This document shows, in pieces, positions 36,901 to 44,221 of a stretch of DNA of 64,000 bases. The position numbers were made by a program, and so were the translations under genes. The notes under the pieces were generated by a model. It did no database searches. It was not told the DNA's origin and was given only the letters and a program-made list of their open reading frames with translations. Source of the stretch: a virus (Duplodnaviria; Heunggongvirae; Uroviricota; Caudoviricetes); IMG/VR virus record IMGVR_UViG_3300037455_000543, positions 123,136 through 187,135 of that record; one strand, 5' to 3'. Every line of letters starts with the position of its first letter. The stretch's first letter is position 1.

Positions 36901-38690
36901 AAGATACTTGTATCGCCTTCAAGCATTGTGAATATATTCTGGGTAAATGCAGTCTTAGTATCTGGATCTTTTGCAACTAACTTCTCAACCATGAACGGAT
37001 GAATAAGATTTTCCGGAAGATTAGTAGTTACATCATCGATTGTCGGAGCTTCATTAACATCGATAACTGTAATAGGAATATTACGAGTTACACTTACATT
37101 GCCAGTATCAGTCAATGTAATCTTAATAACATCGATTGCAGCTTTTTCATAATCTAATGGTTCACCAATAAGTGTCAACTTACCAGTCAAGCTATCTAAT
37201 TCATATCTATCAGTATATGCACTATCAAGATGGAAACGAGTATTAGCTGTTCCATTCAAAATCTTGATTGCATCTACTTCACCAAGCTTATTTTCCTCAA
37301 ACTTATATGTCTTTGTAGTATCAAATTCAACATGTCCAACCGGAGCATCAATAATTTTAATCTTTAATTCACCGTCAGTTTTACCATTCGGAAGAATAGC
37401 CCCAGAAATATCTGTAATCTTTACATATAAATATTCATCTTCTGTCAATGTATCAATCTTAACATTAACTTGGATTGGCGTCAATGGTAACTTAGAACCA
37501 GTAGGAATAACAACTTTCTTACTTTCACCATTTCCACAAATCGGAAAAGAAGGTGGAATATTAAAGTCATCAGTTGTTACACCGTCCTTCAAATCAAGAC
37601 AATATGTGAAATAAACATTAATATCAGTTGTATCGCTAAGTTCAATAGGAATAATTACTGTAGAATCATTTTCTCTCAAACCGCCATACTTATCTAGCTT
37701 AACATCGATTGTATCAGGGTCAAACTTAACAAATCTGAAATTCTTACCATTATATGTATCACCAATTCTTAACTGATTAGCAAGTAACTGACCAGCAAAA
37801 TTAATATTACATGCAAGATAGATTTCCTTAGTAGAAATCATAGTTCCTTGCATAATAGAATTATCAGAATGTTCAATACTAATGCTTTCATCAGTATAGA
37901 TAATTACATTACCACGATAATCGGACTGACTTAATTCATATTTAGTAGAGTCAGTTCTATAAACAACCTGAATCTGACCATGGTCATGATAAAGGAAATG
38001 CTTTACAAAAATACGTGTAAGTCTACCACCATCCTGCATTTCAATCTGCAACTTCTGATGGTCAAGCTTAAACTGAATAGTATCAAGATAAATGTCATAC
38101 TGGTCATTACCATCAGGAACAACGATAGTTTTAATATCACCATTTAATTGATTATCAAATATAATACTATGAGAAATAGTATCAGGCCATGTAATAGTCG
38201 GAATAGAAAGATTTACCGGTGCAGCAGGAACATTATCTACACAAACTTGAGTGGTAGAAGTAAAAATACTATCATTTGAACAATGATTTACTTTAGAATT
38301 ACTTACATCATTTAAACAGACATAACCATTAATACATGCGCCATTCTGGTTTGCATAAGTATATGTATTAGCTCTAACCGGACCAGAAGTCAAAGTAGGC
38401 TGGTCTCCGAAAGTAATATTACCATTTACCAAGACTGGACCACCAAGATTCAATCTTGCATTAGCTGTCATATATCCAGCTGTTCCATTCCAGCCAGACT
38501 TATCCTGAATCGTAACATCATTACCGATTGTAAGATAATCTCTACCAAAGAGCTTATACTTAAGCATATAATCAAACTCTGCCTGTTGAGAGACAGAATC
38601 TTCTGCTACCGATTCAAAATTAAACGGCTTATAATCAGCACTCCAGACGAATGCAATCAAGAAAAGAATAATTCCAAATATCTTTTTCAT
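33903..38690 (-). CDS. giant secreted protein (1595 aa) with multiple cadherin-like repeat domains
   Basis: N-terminal signal peptide MKKIFGIILFLIAFVWSA. Repeated VxDVNE(P/A)P linkers (DVNEAPTIDD, NSNDGPKF, DVNEPVH, NVNEPPV, DINEPVH). Cadherin Ca-site-like motifs ATDQDGDKITYSI, AVDPDSDKVIYEV, ATDEDKTTPKYII. Basic KRPNKK tail. Confidence 0.7.
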   Translation of the reverse strand: MKKIFGIILFLIAFVWSADYKPFNFESVAEDSVSQQAEFDYMLKYKLFGRDYLTIGNDVTIQDKSGWNGTAGYMTANARLNLGGPVLVNGNITFGDQPTLTSGPVRANTYTYANQNGACINGYVCLNDVSNSKVNHCSNDSIFTSTTQVCVDNVPAAPVNLSIPTITWPDTISHSIIFDNQLNGDIKTIVVPDGNDQYDIYLDTIQFKLDHQKLQIEMQDGGRLTRIFVKHFLYHDHGQIQVVYRTDSTKYELSQSDYRGNVIIYTDESISIEHSDNSIMQGTMISTKEIYLACNINFAGQLLANQLRIGDTYNGKNFRFVKFDPDTIDVKLDKYGGLRENDSTVIIPIELSDTTDINVYFTYCLDLKDGVTTDDFNIPPSFPICGNGESKKVVIPTGSKLPLTPIQVNVKIDTLTEDEYLYVKITDISGAILPNGKTDGELKIKIIDAPVGHVEFDTTKTYKFEENKLGEVDAIKILNGTANTRFHLDSAYTDRYELDSLTGKLTLIGEPLDYEKAAIDVIKITLTDTGNVSVTRNIPITVIDVNEAPTIDDVTTNLPENLIHPFMVEKLVAKDPDTKTAFTQNIFTMLEGDTSIFRLDSDGELWAKKTFDYETDQKTYTIKVLVQDKNDPSLKDSAIVTVNITNSNDGPKFATHDTTFYVDENKPFKDSVKATDQDGDKITYSIVGTVPFKIDSTGVITSTRTFDYEKEKGFTFKVVADDGKAKDTMTVNIKVTDVNEPVHTKDTTFVVDEGKTGEIGKVKGEDEDGKPVKFSCDDTVHYSIDTNTGVLRLVDPFDYEVTKSDTVKVFVTDGVFTDTAIVVVDIKNVNEPPVLQPNDSLIVPENCKSCIVGIITAVDPDSDKVIYEVKEPGFTIDSNGVLKLTDPLDYEKTPEVKITVIAKDSSGAADTATYVIKVTDINEPVHVQDTTCSVKENYTGKVCKITATDEDKTTPKYIITDTTNYSIDSTGVITIKNPIDYEKKTKDTVTVIVTDGEFSDTAQVIIRILDEPEDVKITEWDHNPPPDTVKTNDPDHEFKWTICEGDSCTTHYDNPRIHKDTTIKVCNDKKTVCDSIVVLFNDAPPVVTLTNAKSTDALIDYITIEEEKDDKIYVNKKDNELKVTVRDTIHKTEKTFPIDVKLDTLHVSSKNVTEYNYLIDESLATYTQIGGGLIEVKEVVKDGDRKITLTKIVDKKMNPIDTVQTVTYTVKQDGKELTITYKTDNLTGQRVSDYEVSYKVDSCTTVSYYLGDDKKITKNKEGNIAFTVSYVYTDDFGNKASSKVDIIYDNIPPKVEISDPVRGQSYNTNAIPVKWTVNGIVQDTLNLQRLEKGVNYVIRRYVDKAGNVSADTVMVIMNEAKDIDIELVHPVTMVDQDKVDEYYSSGHKYNDKKPYDVKFVDPKNDTIPDVIGVGFKVDIVLPSVSPTGSLATLDDITKNGQIPVDDNGNIVGASTHGIPVDQYVEEHCTEEFQKDYQKYGLNIPLYDVKYNLHLWVYTNAANYVNDFNIEFTLNDEAKTTSAGTVQMVIDWLADRDGTVKAKNKHALGTGAYLTKLYSKSIAKHRCDYKEQRKGDKTVKKDETMKTFGFKRPNKK

Positions 38691-38719
38691 TTTCTTCCTC
38701 TGTTATTAAATTTTCTATA

Positions 38720-38744
38720 TATTTATAATTTCACTACAAATATA
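38720..38744 (-). promoter_or_regulatory. stacked promoters for the giant gene: TATATTTG (38737-38744) plus TATAAATA (38720-38727)
   Basis: The minus strand reads TTACTATATTTGTAGTGAAATTATAAATATATAG...GAGGAAG..ATG. Confidence 0.4.
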
Positions 38745-38800
38745 GTAAAAAATGCGAGTTGTGTAAACCCGCATTAACGTAATAATAATGTTATATTAAA

Positions 38801-39001
38801 TTAACGGTTATAATCAGCTATTGTAAATATCTGAGTAATAAGACTTCCGTCTTCGAATTCTCTTTCCATTTCCAAGATTTTCAGATTATATTCTTCCAAG
38901 ACTTCATTTGCATCTGTCAATGTCTTAAATGAAATAGCATCTACTGCTTCTTCTGGAAGTTCTCTAGAACTTTTATTAACTATTTTTACTTTTTTACACA
39001 T
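38801..39001 (-). CDS. hypothetical protein (66 aa)
   Basis: ORF. Confidence 0.4.
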   Translation of the reverse strand: MCKKVKIVNKSSRELPEEAVDAISFKTLTDANEVLEEYNLKILEMEREFEDGSLITQIFTIADYNR

Positions 39002-39008
39002 ATTATCC

Positions 39009-39434
39009 TCATTTCTTTGCTACATTTCTTCTAATTCGCTTTCCATCTCCAGTTTTCGTAACGGGTAAATTCTGAATATTCAACTTCTTTACCGCATCAC
39101 AAAGAACCTCGATTTTCTCTATTATTTCTAGTTTTTTCTTCGACGCTTCAAGAGAATTAGCTAAATCTTTAATTCTCATCATATACTTATAACAATCGAA
39201 ATTCTTAAGGTCACTTACATTAAACCCAGAATTCAGTTTTTCATTATCAGGATATGCTTTTGCTAAACAATGATGTGCCACTACATGCTCCTTTGGTGTC
39301 AAGTAAATCCAATTCGATTCTATGTCAGGTCCGCCCTGGCTTTGCGGTATAATATGATGTTTTTCATATAATATACCAGCTTTCCTACCGGCGGCACTTG
39401 CTATAATCACATAATATGCTTTTAAGTAGTTCAT
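39009..39434 (-). CDS. HNH endonuclease
   Basis: EKHHIIPQSQGGPDIESNWIYLTPKEHVVAHH. Confidence 0.65.
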   Translation of the reverse strand: MNYLKAYYVIIASAAGRKAGILYEKHHIIPQSQGGPDIESNWIYLTPKEHVVAHHCLAKAYPDNEKLNSGFNVSDLKNFDCYKYMMRIKDLANSLEASKKKLEIIEKIEVLCDAVKKLNIQNLPVTKTGDGKRIRRNVAKK

Positions 39435-40243
39435 TTACCCTCGTTTAATTTCTCAAAATAGTTCTTTATTGTCAGGTCAAGAGTAGAATAGCCATCATAT
39501 CCCGGATTTTTCTTTATATCTTCCATATAAGGATGTTCGGAACATGCTGCACTTCCTCTTTTCCATTTCTTTTCCCAGTCATCCATTGATTTCAAATGAT
39601 AATGATACAATCTTATACTTGCATTATGCGCAGTAATCCCATAAGTAGAATCCTTAGTGACATCGGAACCGACAACTTTTGCCATTCTAAGCCAATCCTT
39701 ACTTCCAGAATACTTGACCATTGGAATATGTCCTTTTTCTTTAGTCGGCTTGCTAAAACTATACTTATGATCTTTAGAATAATAAATTATAGACTTTCCT
39801 TGACTCGAAAAATCATTTCGCCTGTAATAATTACACATTACATAAGGCTCAGAACGTTGTTCTTCCAAATGCCTACTGCTCATATAAATTTGAGGAACAC
39901 AAATTACATTCAATGGTGTCAAATTAAATTCATTATAGATATCAGTATACCAACCATGTTCAAACCAAAAATATTCATCATCATCAGCAAATATTATAGC
40001 ATCAGCATCTTTAAAATTATAAACATTATCATTTAAAATTTTATCAAATAAATGCCATTGGTCTGGCCAGCCATGTATTTCCTCGTATGTATCTTTTTTA
40101 CCAGTTATAATAGGCTTTATATCTACACTGGAATCATTATTAATAATATGAATAATGGTATTATAAGACTTATAATACCTATACCAATACTCGAAATCTA
40201 ATTTATTATATGATTTAGTCAAACAAATGATATGTAAGTCCAT
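39431..40243 (-). CDS. putative GT-A fold glycosyltransferase (DxD motif)
   Basis: IIFADDDEYFW DxD motif. 270 aa. No closer family assignment is possible. Confidence 0.3.
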   Translation of the reverse strand: MDLHIICLTKSYNKLDFEYWYRYYKSYNTIIHIINNDSSVDIKPIITGKKDTYEEIHGWPDQWHLFDKILNDNVYNFKDADAIIFADDDEYFWFEHGWYTDIYNEFNLTPLNVICVPQIYMSSRHLEEQRSEPYVMCNYYRRNDFSSQGKSIIYYSKDHKYSFSKPTKEKGHIPMVKYSGSKDWLRMAKVVGSDVTKDSTYGITAHNASIRLYHYHLKSMDDWEKKWKRGSAACSEHPYMEDIKKNPGYDGYSTLDLTIKNYFEKLNEGK

Positions 40244-40262
40244 ATCAATTAAATATAGTAAA

Positions 40263-41036
40263 TTATATTACATTACTATACTGTTCTGCAAACATTCTGA
40301 ATATTTTAATATAAAATTCTATATTATTCTTTGTTTCGTTAGCACTAAATATCGGTTTTCCGTCTTCTGTCTCGATAACGTCAACCTTAAGCTTTACCGT
40401 ACAATATACGCTTCTCTGGTTTATAGAATAGCCAAGTATTTCAATTCTGGAATTATTATCTACATTTTGAGTTACATACGGCTTAAAATATCTATGAAGC
40501 TCATTTATATAACTCTTTATATCTGTGCTAATTTCATTTCTTACGTCGAAAAGCTTAATCTTTATAACTGCATAAATGTCATTGTAATGAGTATCTATGC
40601 CTATAAGTCCAGCATTCTCAACGTCATGCATAAGTCTTAATAACTTATTTTTCAATTCGACTTTCTTTATGCCGTTTGCTTCCTTAACTTTTACCATATT
40701 CTTTTCCATTTTTTCAAGAATATAGTTAGCACAGGTAGCTGGAGTATAACCGTCAGCATAACAGTAATTAATATCTTCGTTAAGTTCCTTCGGCATACTT
40801 TTTATAGTATAACCTGCTTTCTTAATCAAGGAAACTATACGTGAAAGATATTTGTTAAACTTGTCGTCAACTGATTCATTCAATGAAGTATGCATATTAC
40901 TGATATACGTTCTAGGAGAAACATCAGAAACATAGGCTTCGAATACATTATTCAAGTCCAAAGACGATACGTCAAATTTCGGATTGGTTCTCAATAAATA
41001 ATGTTCTACTGTATGCCTGTATTCTGAAAAATCCAT
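40263..41036 (-). CDS. hypothetical protein (257 aa)
   Basis: ORF. Confidence 0.5.
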   Translation of the reverse strand: MDFSEYRHTVEHYLLRTNPKFDVSSLDLNNVFEAYVSDVSPRTYISNMHTSLNESVDDKFNKYLSRIVSLIKKAGYTIKSMPKELNEDINYCYADGYTPATCANYILEKMEKNMVKVKEANGIKKVELKNKLLRLMHDVENAGLIGIDTHYNDIYAVIKIKLFDVRNEISTDIKSYINELHRYFKPYVTQNVDNNSRIEILGYSINQRSVYCTVKLKVDVIETEDGKPIFSANETKNNIEFYIKIFRMFAEQYSNVI

Positions 41037-41058
41037 ATATCTTATTTATAACCAAAAA

Positions 41059-41403
41059 TTAACGTTTAATCTGAGATTCTACCTTATTTTTCTTATTCAG
41101 TTTCATTCTGAGAAAATCTCTGACTTTCTGTAATGACGGGTATTTGATAATCTGACCTTCAGTAAGGTCATTCCATATATCAGAATATCCGTTAAACCAC
41201 ATTACAAACCACCAATAGTTCTGTGTGCCATACAATTTATAGGATATTACATCTGGCCTACATTCACAGAACTTATTTACATACATATAGTTTAGCTTAC
41301 CGAAATTAAAATGGTCATCGGTAAAAGAACCAAGGTCATACTGTGCTATATTATCAACCAATTCTTGATATAAAAATGTGCTTCTTGATGCAATATTATC
41401 CAT
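41059..41403 (-). CDS. hypothetical protein (114 aa)
   Basis: ORF. Confidence 0.5.
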   Translation of the reverse strand: MDNIASRSTFLYQELVDNIAQYDLGSFTDDHFNFGKLNYMYVNKFCECRPDVISYKLYGTQNYWWFVMWFNGYSDIWNDLTEGQIIKYPSLQKVRDFLRMKLNKKNKVESQIKR

Positions 41404-41486
41404 AAAACTACCTTAGTTTTATATATTTATAACTTAAAATTCTCAGAATTATTCAAAAATAAGTTTACAAAAGCATTTCCGTTTAT

Positions 41487-41494
41487 TAAATTTG
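41487..41494 (+). promoter_or_regulatory. -7 box TAAATTTG preceding the GC-rich unit
   Basis: Matches TAnnTTTG. Confidence 0.35.
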
Positions 41495-41760
41495 GGAAGA
41501 CATTCAGAAGTCTTGTTCCTCGGAGCGAAGCTCAACCCAATGATGTTGTCGGTAGAGGGCAAGCCAGCGAAAGTCGAGGTGTGGCTTTCTAACACTGAAC
41601 AGGTACTAACTGTTGCTGAACCACCACTGACGTATTATCTAACGAATAATACACGTAGCCGCCATTGGCACGGTATGATATAGTCGGAGTACAGGATGAC
41701 CAGCCCGTAAGCATATCGATAAGTCCCGAGAGTTGACGCCAGAAGTAGATCTGGATTTTT
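41495..41760 (+). ncRNA. candidate structured ncRNA (about 265 nt, GC-rich island), family unknown
   Basis: GC is roughly 50% against a 33% background. Flanked by a promoter box and a terminator CCAGA-AGTAG-ATCTGG plus ATTTTT (41739-41760). Multiple local stems (AAGAC/GTCTT, GAGC-GAA-GCTC, AGCC..GGCT, GCCA-TGGC). The only ORF is TTG-initiated with 63 codons. Confidence 0.4.
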
Positions 41761-41826
41761 CTCTTATACCTGTATAGGCTCGATGTCTCAACCAGAATTT
41801 TGACTATGTGGTATATGTTTACATGA

Positions 41827-41834
41827 TATAAATA
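41827..41834 (+). promoter_or_regulatory. T4-late-like TATAAATA box abutting the start codon
   Basis: TATAAATAATGTATG; the gene ATG is at 41839. Confidence 0.35.
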
Positions 41835-41838
41835 ATGT

Positions 41839-42327
41839 ATGAAATACGGTTCATTTAAAAATTATGCAAGTCTGATTACCGAAGGAAAATTTCTCTTTGA
41901 GCAAGATCTATCTTTACAAGACTTGGTTGATAATTTCAGAAAAGTTTTTCCTTATGCAAAGGCTGATTGTAATGTCCAGCACTTCAAAGTAGACGGTAAA
42001 GACGGAAAACAAATGATTTGCAAAGGACAAGTTCAGTCTGCAACTCACCCGAATGAACATTATGAAGTTACAGTAGAATTCTATAGAGACGATATAGACA
42101 TTCCTTTCAGTGTTACAAATATCGGTAAAGTAAACTGTACATGTGATGCATATCGTTATAATCTAAGTCACCCGAATTCAAAGAATAATGTTCAGACAAA
42201 ACCTAAACAATCATGGTCAGGCATTCCAAACAGTGAAAGAAACCCTGACAAGGTTCCTTCTGTTTGTAAACATCTCTATACTTTCCTATTATTCCTTTAT
42301 AATAAAGGTATCATCAGAAATAACTAA
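41839..42327 (+). CDS. SWIM zinc-finger protein
   Basis: CTCDAYRYN...SVCKHLYTFLLFL, which is the CxCxnCxH SWIM signature. Confidence 0.5.
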   Translation: MKYGSFKNYASLITEGKFLFEQDLSLQDLVDNFRKVFPYAKADCNVQHFKVDGKDGKQMICKGQVQSATHPNEHYEVTVEFYRDDIDIPFSVTNIGKVNCTCDAYRYNLSHPNSKNNVQTKPKQSWSGIPNSERNPDKVPSVCKHLYTFLLFLYNKGIIRNN

Positions 42328-42373
42328 AAAATCAAAATAAATTTTTAAAAATATAGTAGTTGATAAAATTACT

Positions 42374-42381
42374 ATATTTTA
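42374..42381 (+). promoter_or_regulatory. -7 box TATATTTT
   Basis: AAATTACTATATTTT lies 4 nt before the ATG at 42386. Confidence 0.35.
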
Positions 42382-42385
42382 TTTT

Positions 42386-43261
42386 ATGAATTATAATAAT
42401 CCTAAACTACGAATACTTAATATTACACATGCGGATATGGATGGAATTGCATCTGCTATCGTGCTTAAAAATTTTTACGAAACAGTCTATACTGTACCAG
42501 TTACCTACAATACAGAGTGGACAATAAAGAATGAAATTCTTACTAACTACAAGGATAAGTTCGACTGTATAATCTGTACTGATTTTTATCCAGAACAGAC
42601 ATTGAGTTTCCTCAAGGAACATGCCGTAACATTGGTTCTTGATCATCACGAAAGTGTAGAACAATATAACAATGACAAGGATATTGTTATCAATACTGCA
42701 TATTCTGGAACGAAACTAACATATAACTTTATTTCCAAGTTCAAGGATATCAAGTATCTTGAAGAATTGGTTAATATCGTTAACGACTGGGATATGTTTA
42801 TTCTCAAAGATAAACGTAGCGCATATTTCAATAATATGTTCTGGGAAATGGGTCTCAAGTGGTTCATGAGACGATTTATTACCGGTAATGTTTCATTATA
42901 TCCTGAAGAAAAGAGATATTTCGTTGACGCACAGAAAGAATTCAAAGACATGTATGAGTCTCTTGTTATTTCTGACCTTGCAAGAAACGGTGTATACTTC
43001 GAATCTTCAAGATTCCATTACGAATGTATTGAAGCACTGAAGAAAGAAGGCTATAAGTGGTTCGTCATCAAGAACAAGAATAACCTATCAGTAAGATGTG
43101 ACGATATTGATTTGACCTATGTCGTCAAGGAACTCGGTAAAGGCGGTGGACATGTGCATGCCATTGGTATTCCTATTACAAAGAACGATGATGCTGGTTT
43201 ACTTGTAAAGAACATTGAACGAATTGTCGATTCTTATTATATGAACATGATTGACGACTAA
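42386..43261 (+). CDS. DHH-DHHA1 phosphoesterase (NrnA/DhhP-like)
   Basis: ADMDGIASA (motif I), LVLDHHES (DHH motif), GKGGGHVHAIG (DHHA1 GGGH motif). Confidence 0.65.
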   Translation: MNYNNPKLRILNITHADMDGIASAIVLKNFYETVYTVPVTYNTEWTIKNEILTNYKDKFDCIICTDFYPEQTLSFLKEHAVTLVLDHHESVEQYNNDKDIVINTAYSGTKLTYNFISKFKDIKYLEELVNIVNDWDMFILKDKRSAYFNNMFWEMGLKWFMRRFITGNVSLYPEEKRYFVDAQKEFKDMYESLVISDLARNGVYFESSRFHYECIEALKKEGYKWFVIKNKNNLSVRCDDIDLTYVVKELGKGGGHVHAIGIPITKNDDAGLLVKNIERIVDSYYMNMIDD

Positions 43262-43275
43262 CCGAAGGTTATAAT

Positions 43276-43524
43276 ATGCTTACTATAAAAGTTAGACGAA
43301 AAAATGGTAAAGAACATACATTCAATGTTCATAAAGTTGTAGTTACACCTCCAAACCATTATATTATTACTACACATGTTGGTATTGACGGTTATATAAA
43401 ATTTAACAAATGGGCAATAGGTGTAGATGATACAATATTTTATAATGATACATCATTTAAAATTAATAATTTAGATGATGTAGAAAAATTTAGAAAAATC
43501 TTAATCGAATTGAAAGATAAGTGA
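43276..43524 (+). CDS. hypothetical protein (82 aa)
   Basis: ORF. Confidence 0.45.
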   Translation: MLTIKVRRKNGKEHTFNVHKVVVTPPNHYIITTHVGIDGYIKFNKWAIGVDDTIFYNDTSFKINNLDDVEKFRKILIELKDK

Positions 43525-43546
43525 TTATACAAAGGAAAATTTAATA

Positions 43547-44047
43547 ATGGTTAATGAAAGTATTTTAAAACATGAAAAGCATCCATGTGCAAAAATCGAA
43601 TATGATATCCAGATGTATATGCCTGGTCCTGGTGTAAAGGTTCATAATATTCTTGAAAATAGTGATTATGAAACTAACGATACTAAACCTGTTGTTTTGG
43701 TTGGTACCGTGGGTGAAGAATGGACAGTCAACACAAAGAAGCTCATGACCGCATATACTTATAACGGTAAACCGATTACAGAAGATGTTATCAAGAATGA
43801 ACTTGCTGACGGTAATAAACATGTCATTCGTACTATCGCTGGTGCAGAAACAATGTTTGCTTTCCAGACCAAGGAAAAGTTTAAAGTAAGCACGTCATGG
43901 GGTGAAGTATTGGAAGCAAATCGTGATGGTATCGAACATGGTGACGGTGACTATATCATTTGTGCAAGTAAGGATGGTTTACCGAACTTCGATAATACCT
44001 GGGTCATTAATGGTTTAATTTTCCCGAAGACATATAAATTTATCTAA
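43547..44047 (+). CDS. hypothetical protein (166 aa)
   Basis: ORF. Confidence 0.5.
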   Translation: MVNESILKHEKHPCAKIEYDIQMYMPGPGVKVHNILENSDYETNDTKPVVLVGTVGEEWTVNTKKLMTAYTYNGKPITEDVIKNELADGNKHVIRTIAGAETMFAFQTKEKFKVSTSWGEVLEANRDGIEHGDGDYIICASKDGLPNFDNTWVINGLIFPKTYKFI

Positions 44048-44073
44048 TCATAATACAACATCCTTATATTGAG

Positions 44074-44101
44074 ACCGACTACGAAAGTAGCCGGTTTTTT
44101 A
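44074..44101 (+). terminator. rho-independent terminator
   Basis: CCGACTAC-GAAA-GTAGCCGG followed by TTTTTT. Confidence 0.45.
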
Positions 44102-44209
44102 TTATAAATATATTAAAGTCAAATGAATCAACCACTTTTTTAGGTTGATTTTTTATTTAAAAAATACAGAATAATGTAAATAAAATTTTACGTTTGCTAA
44201 AAAAATTAC

Positions 44210-44217
44210 TATATTTA
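44210..44217 (+). promoter_or_regulatory. -7 box TATATTTA with upstream TTTTACGTTTG element
   Basis: The 19-mer is identical to 8791-8809. The ATG lies 4 nt downstream. Confidence 0.4.
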
Positions 44218-44221
44218 ATAT

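Noticed and set aside
34530-37614. Many plus-strand ORFs of 60-200 aa inside the giant cadherin gene (34530, 34725, 35517, 36348, 37264 and others)
   Set aside because: These are AT-rich antisense frames of a 4.8-kb gene, with Ile/Asn/Leu-dominated composition and no promoter or RBS. They are spurious.
41492-41683. 63-aa ORF within the GC-rich island as a protein gene
   Set aside because: It initiates at TTG directly after the promoter box, has no RBS, and its peptide has no hydrophobic core or recognisable motif. It is treated as secondary to the ncRNA hypothesis but not excluded.
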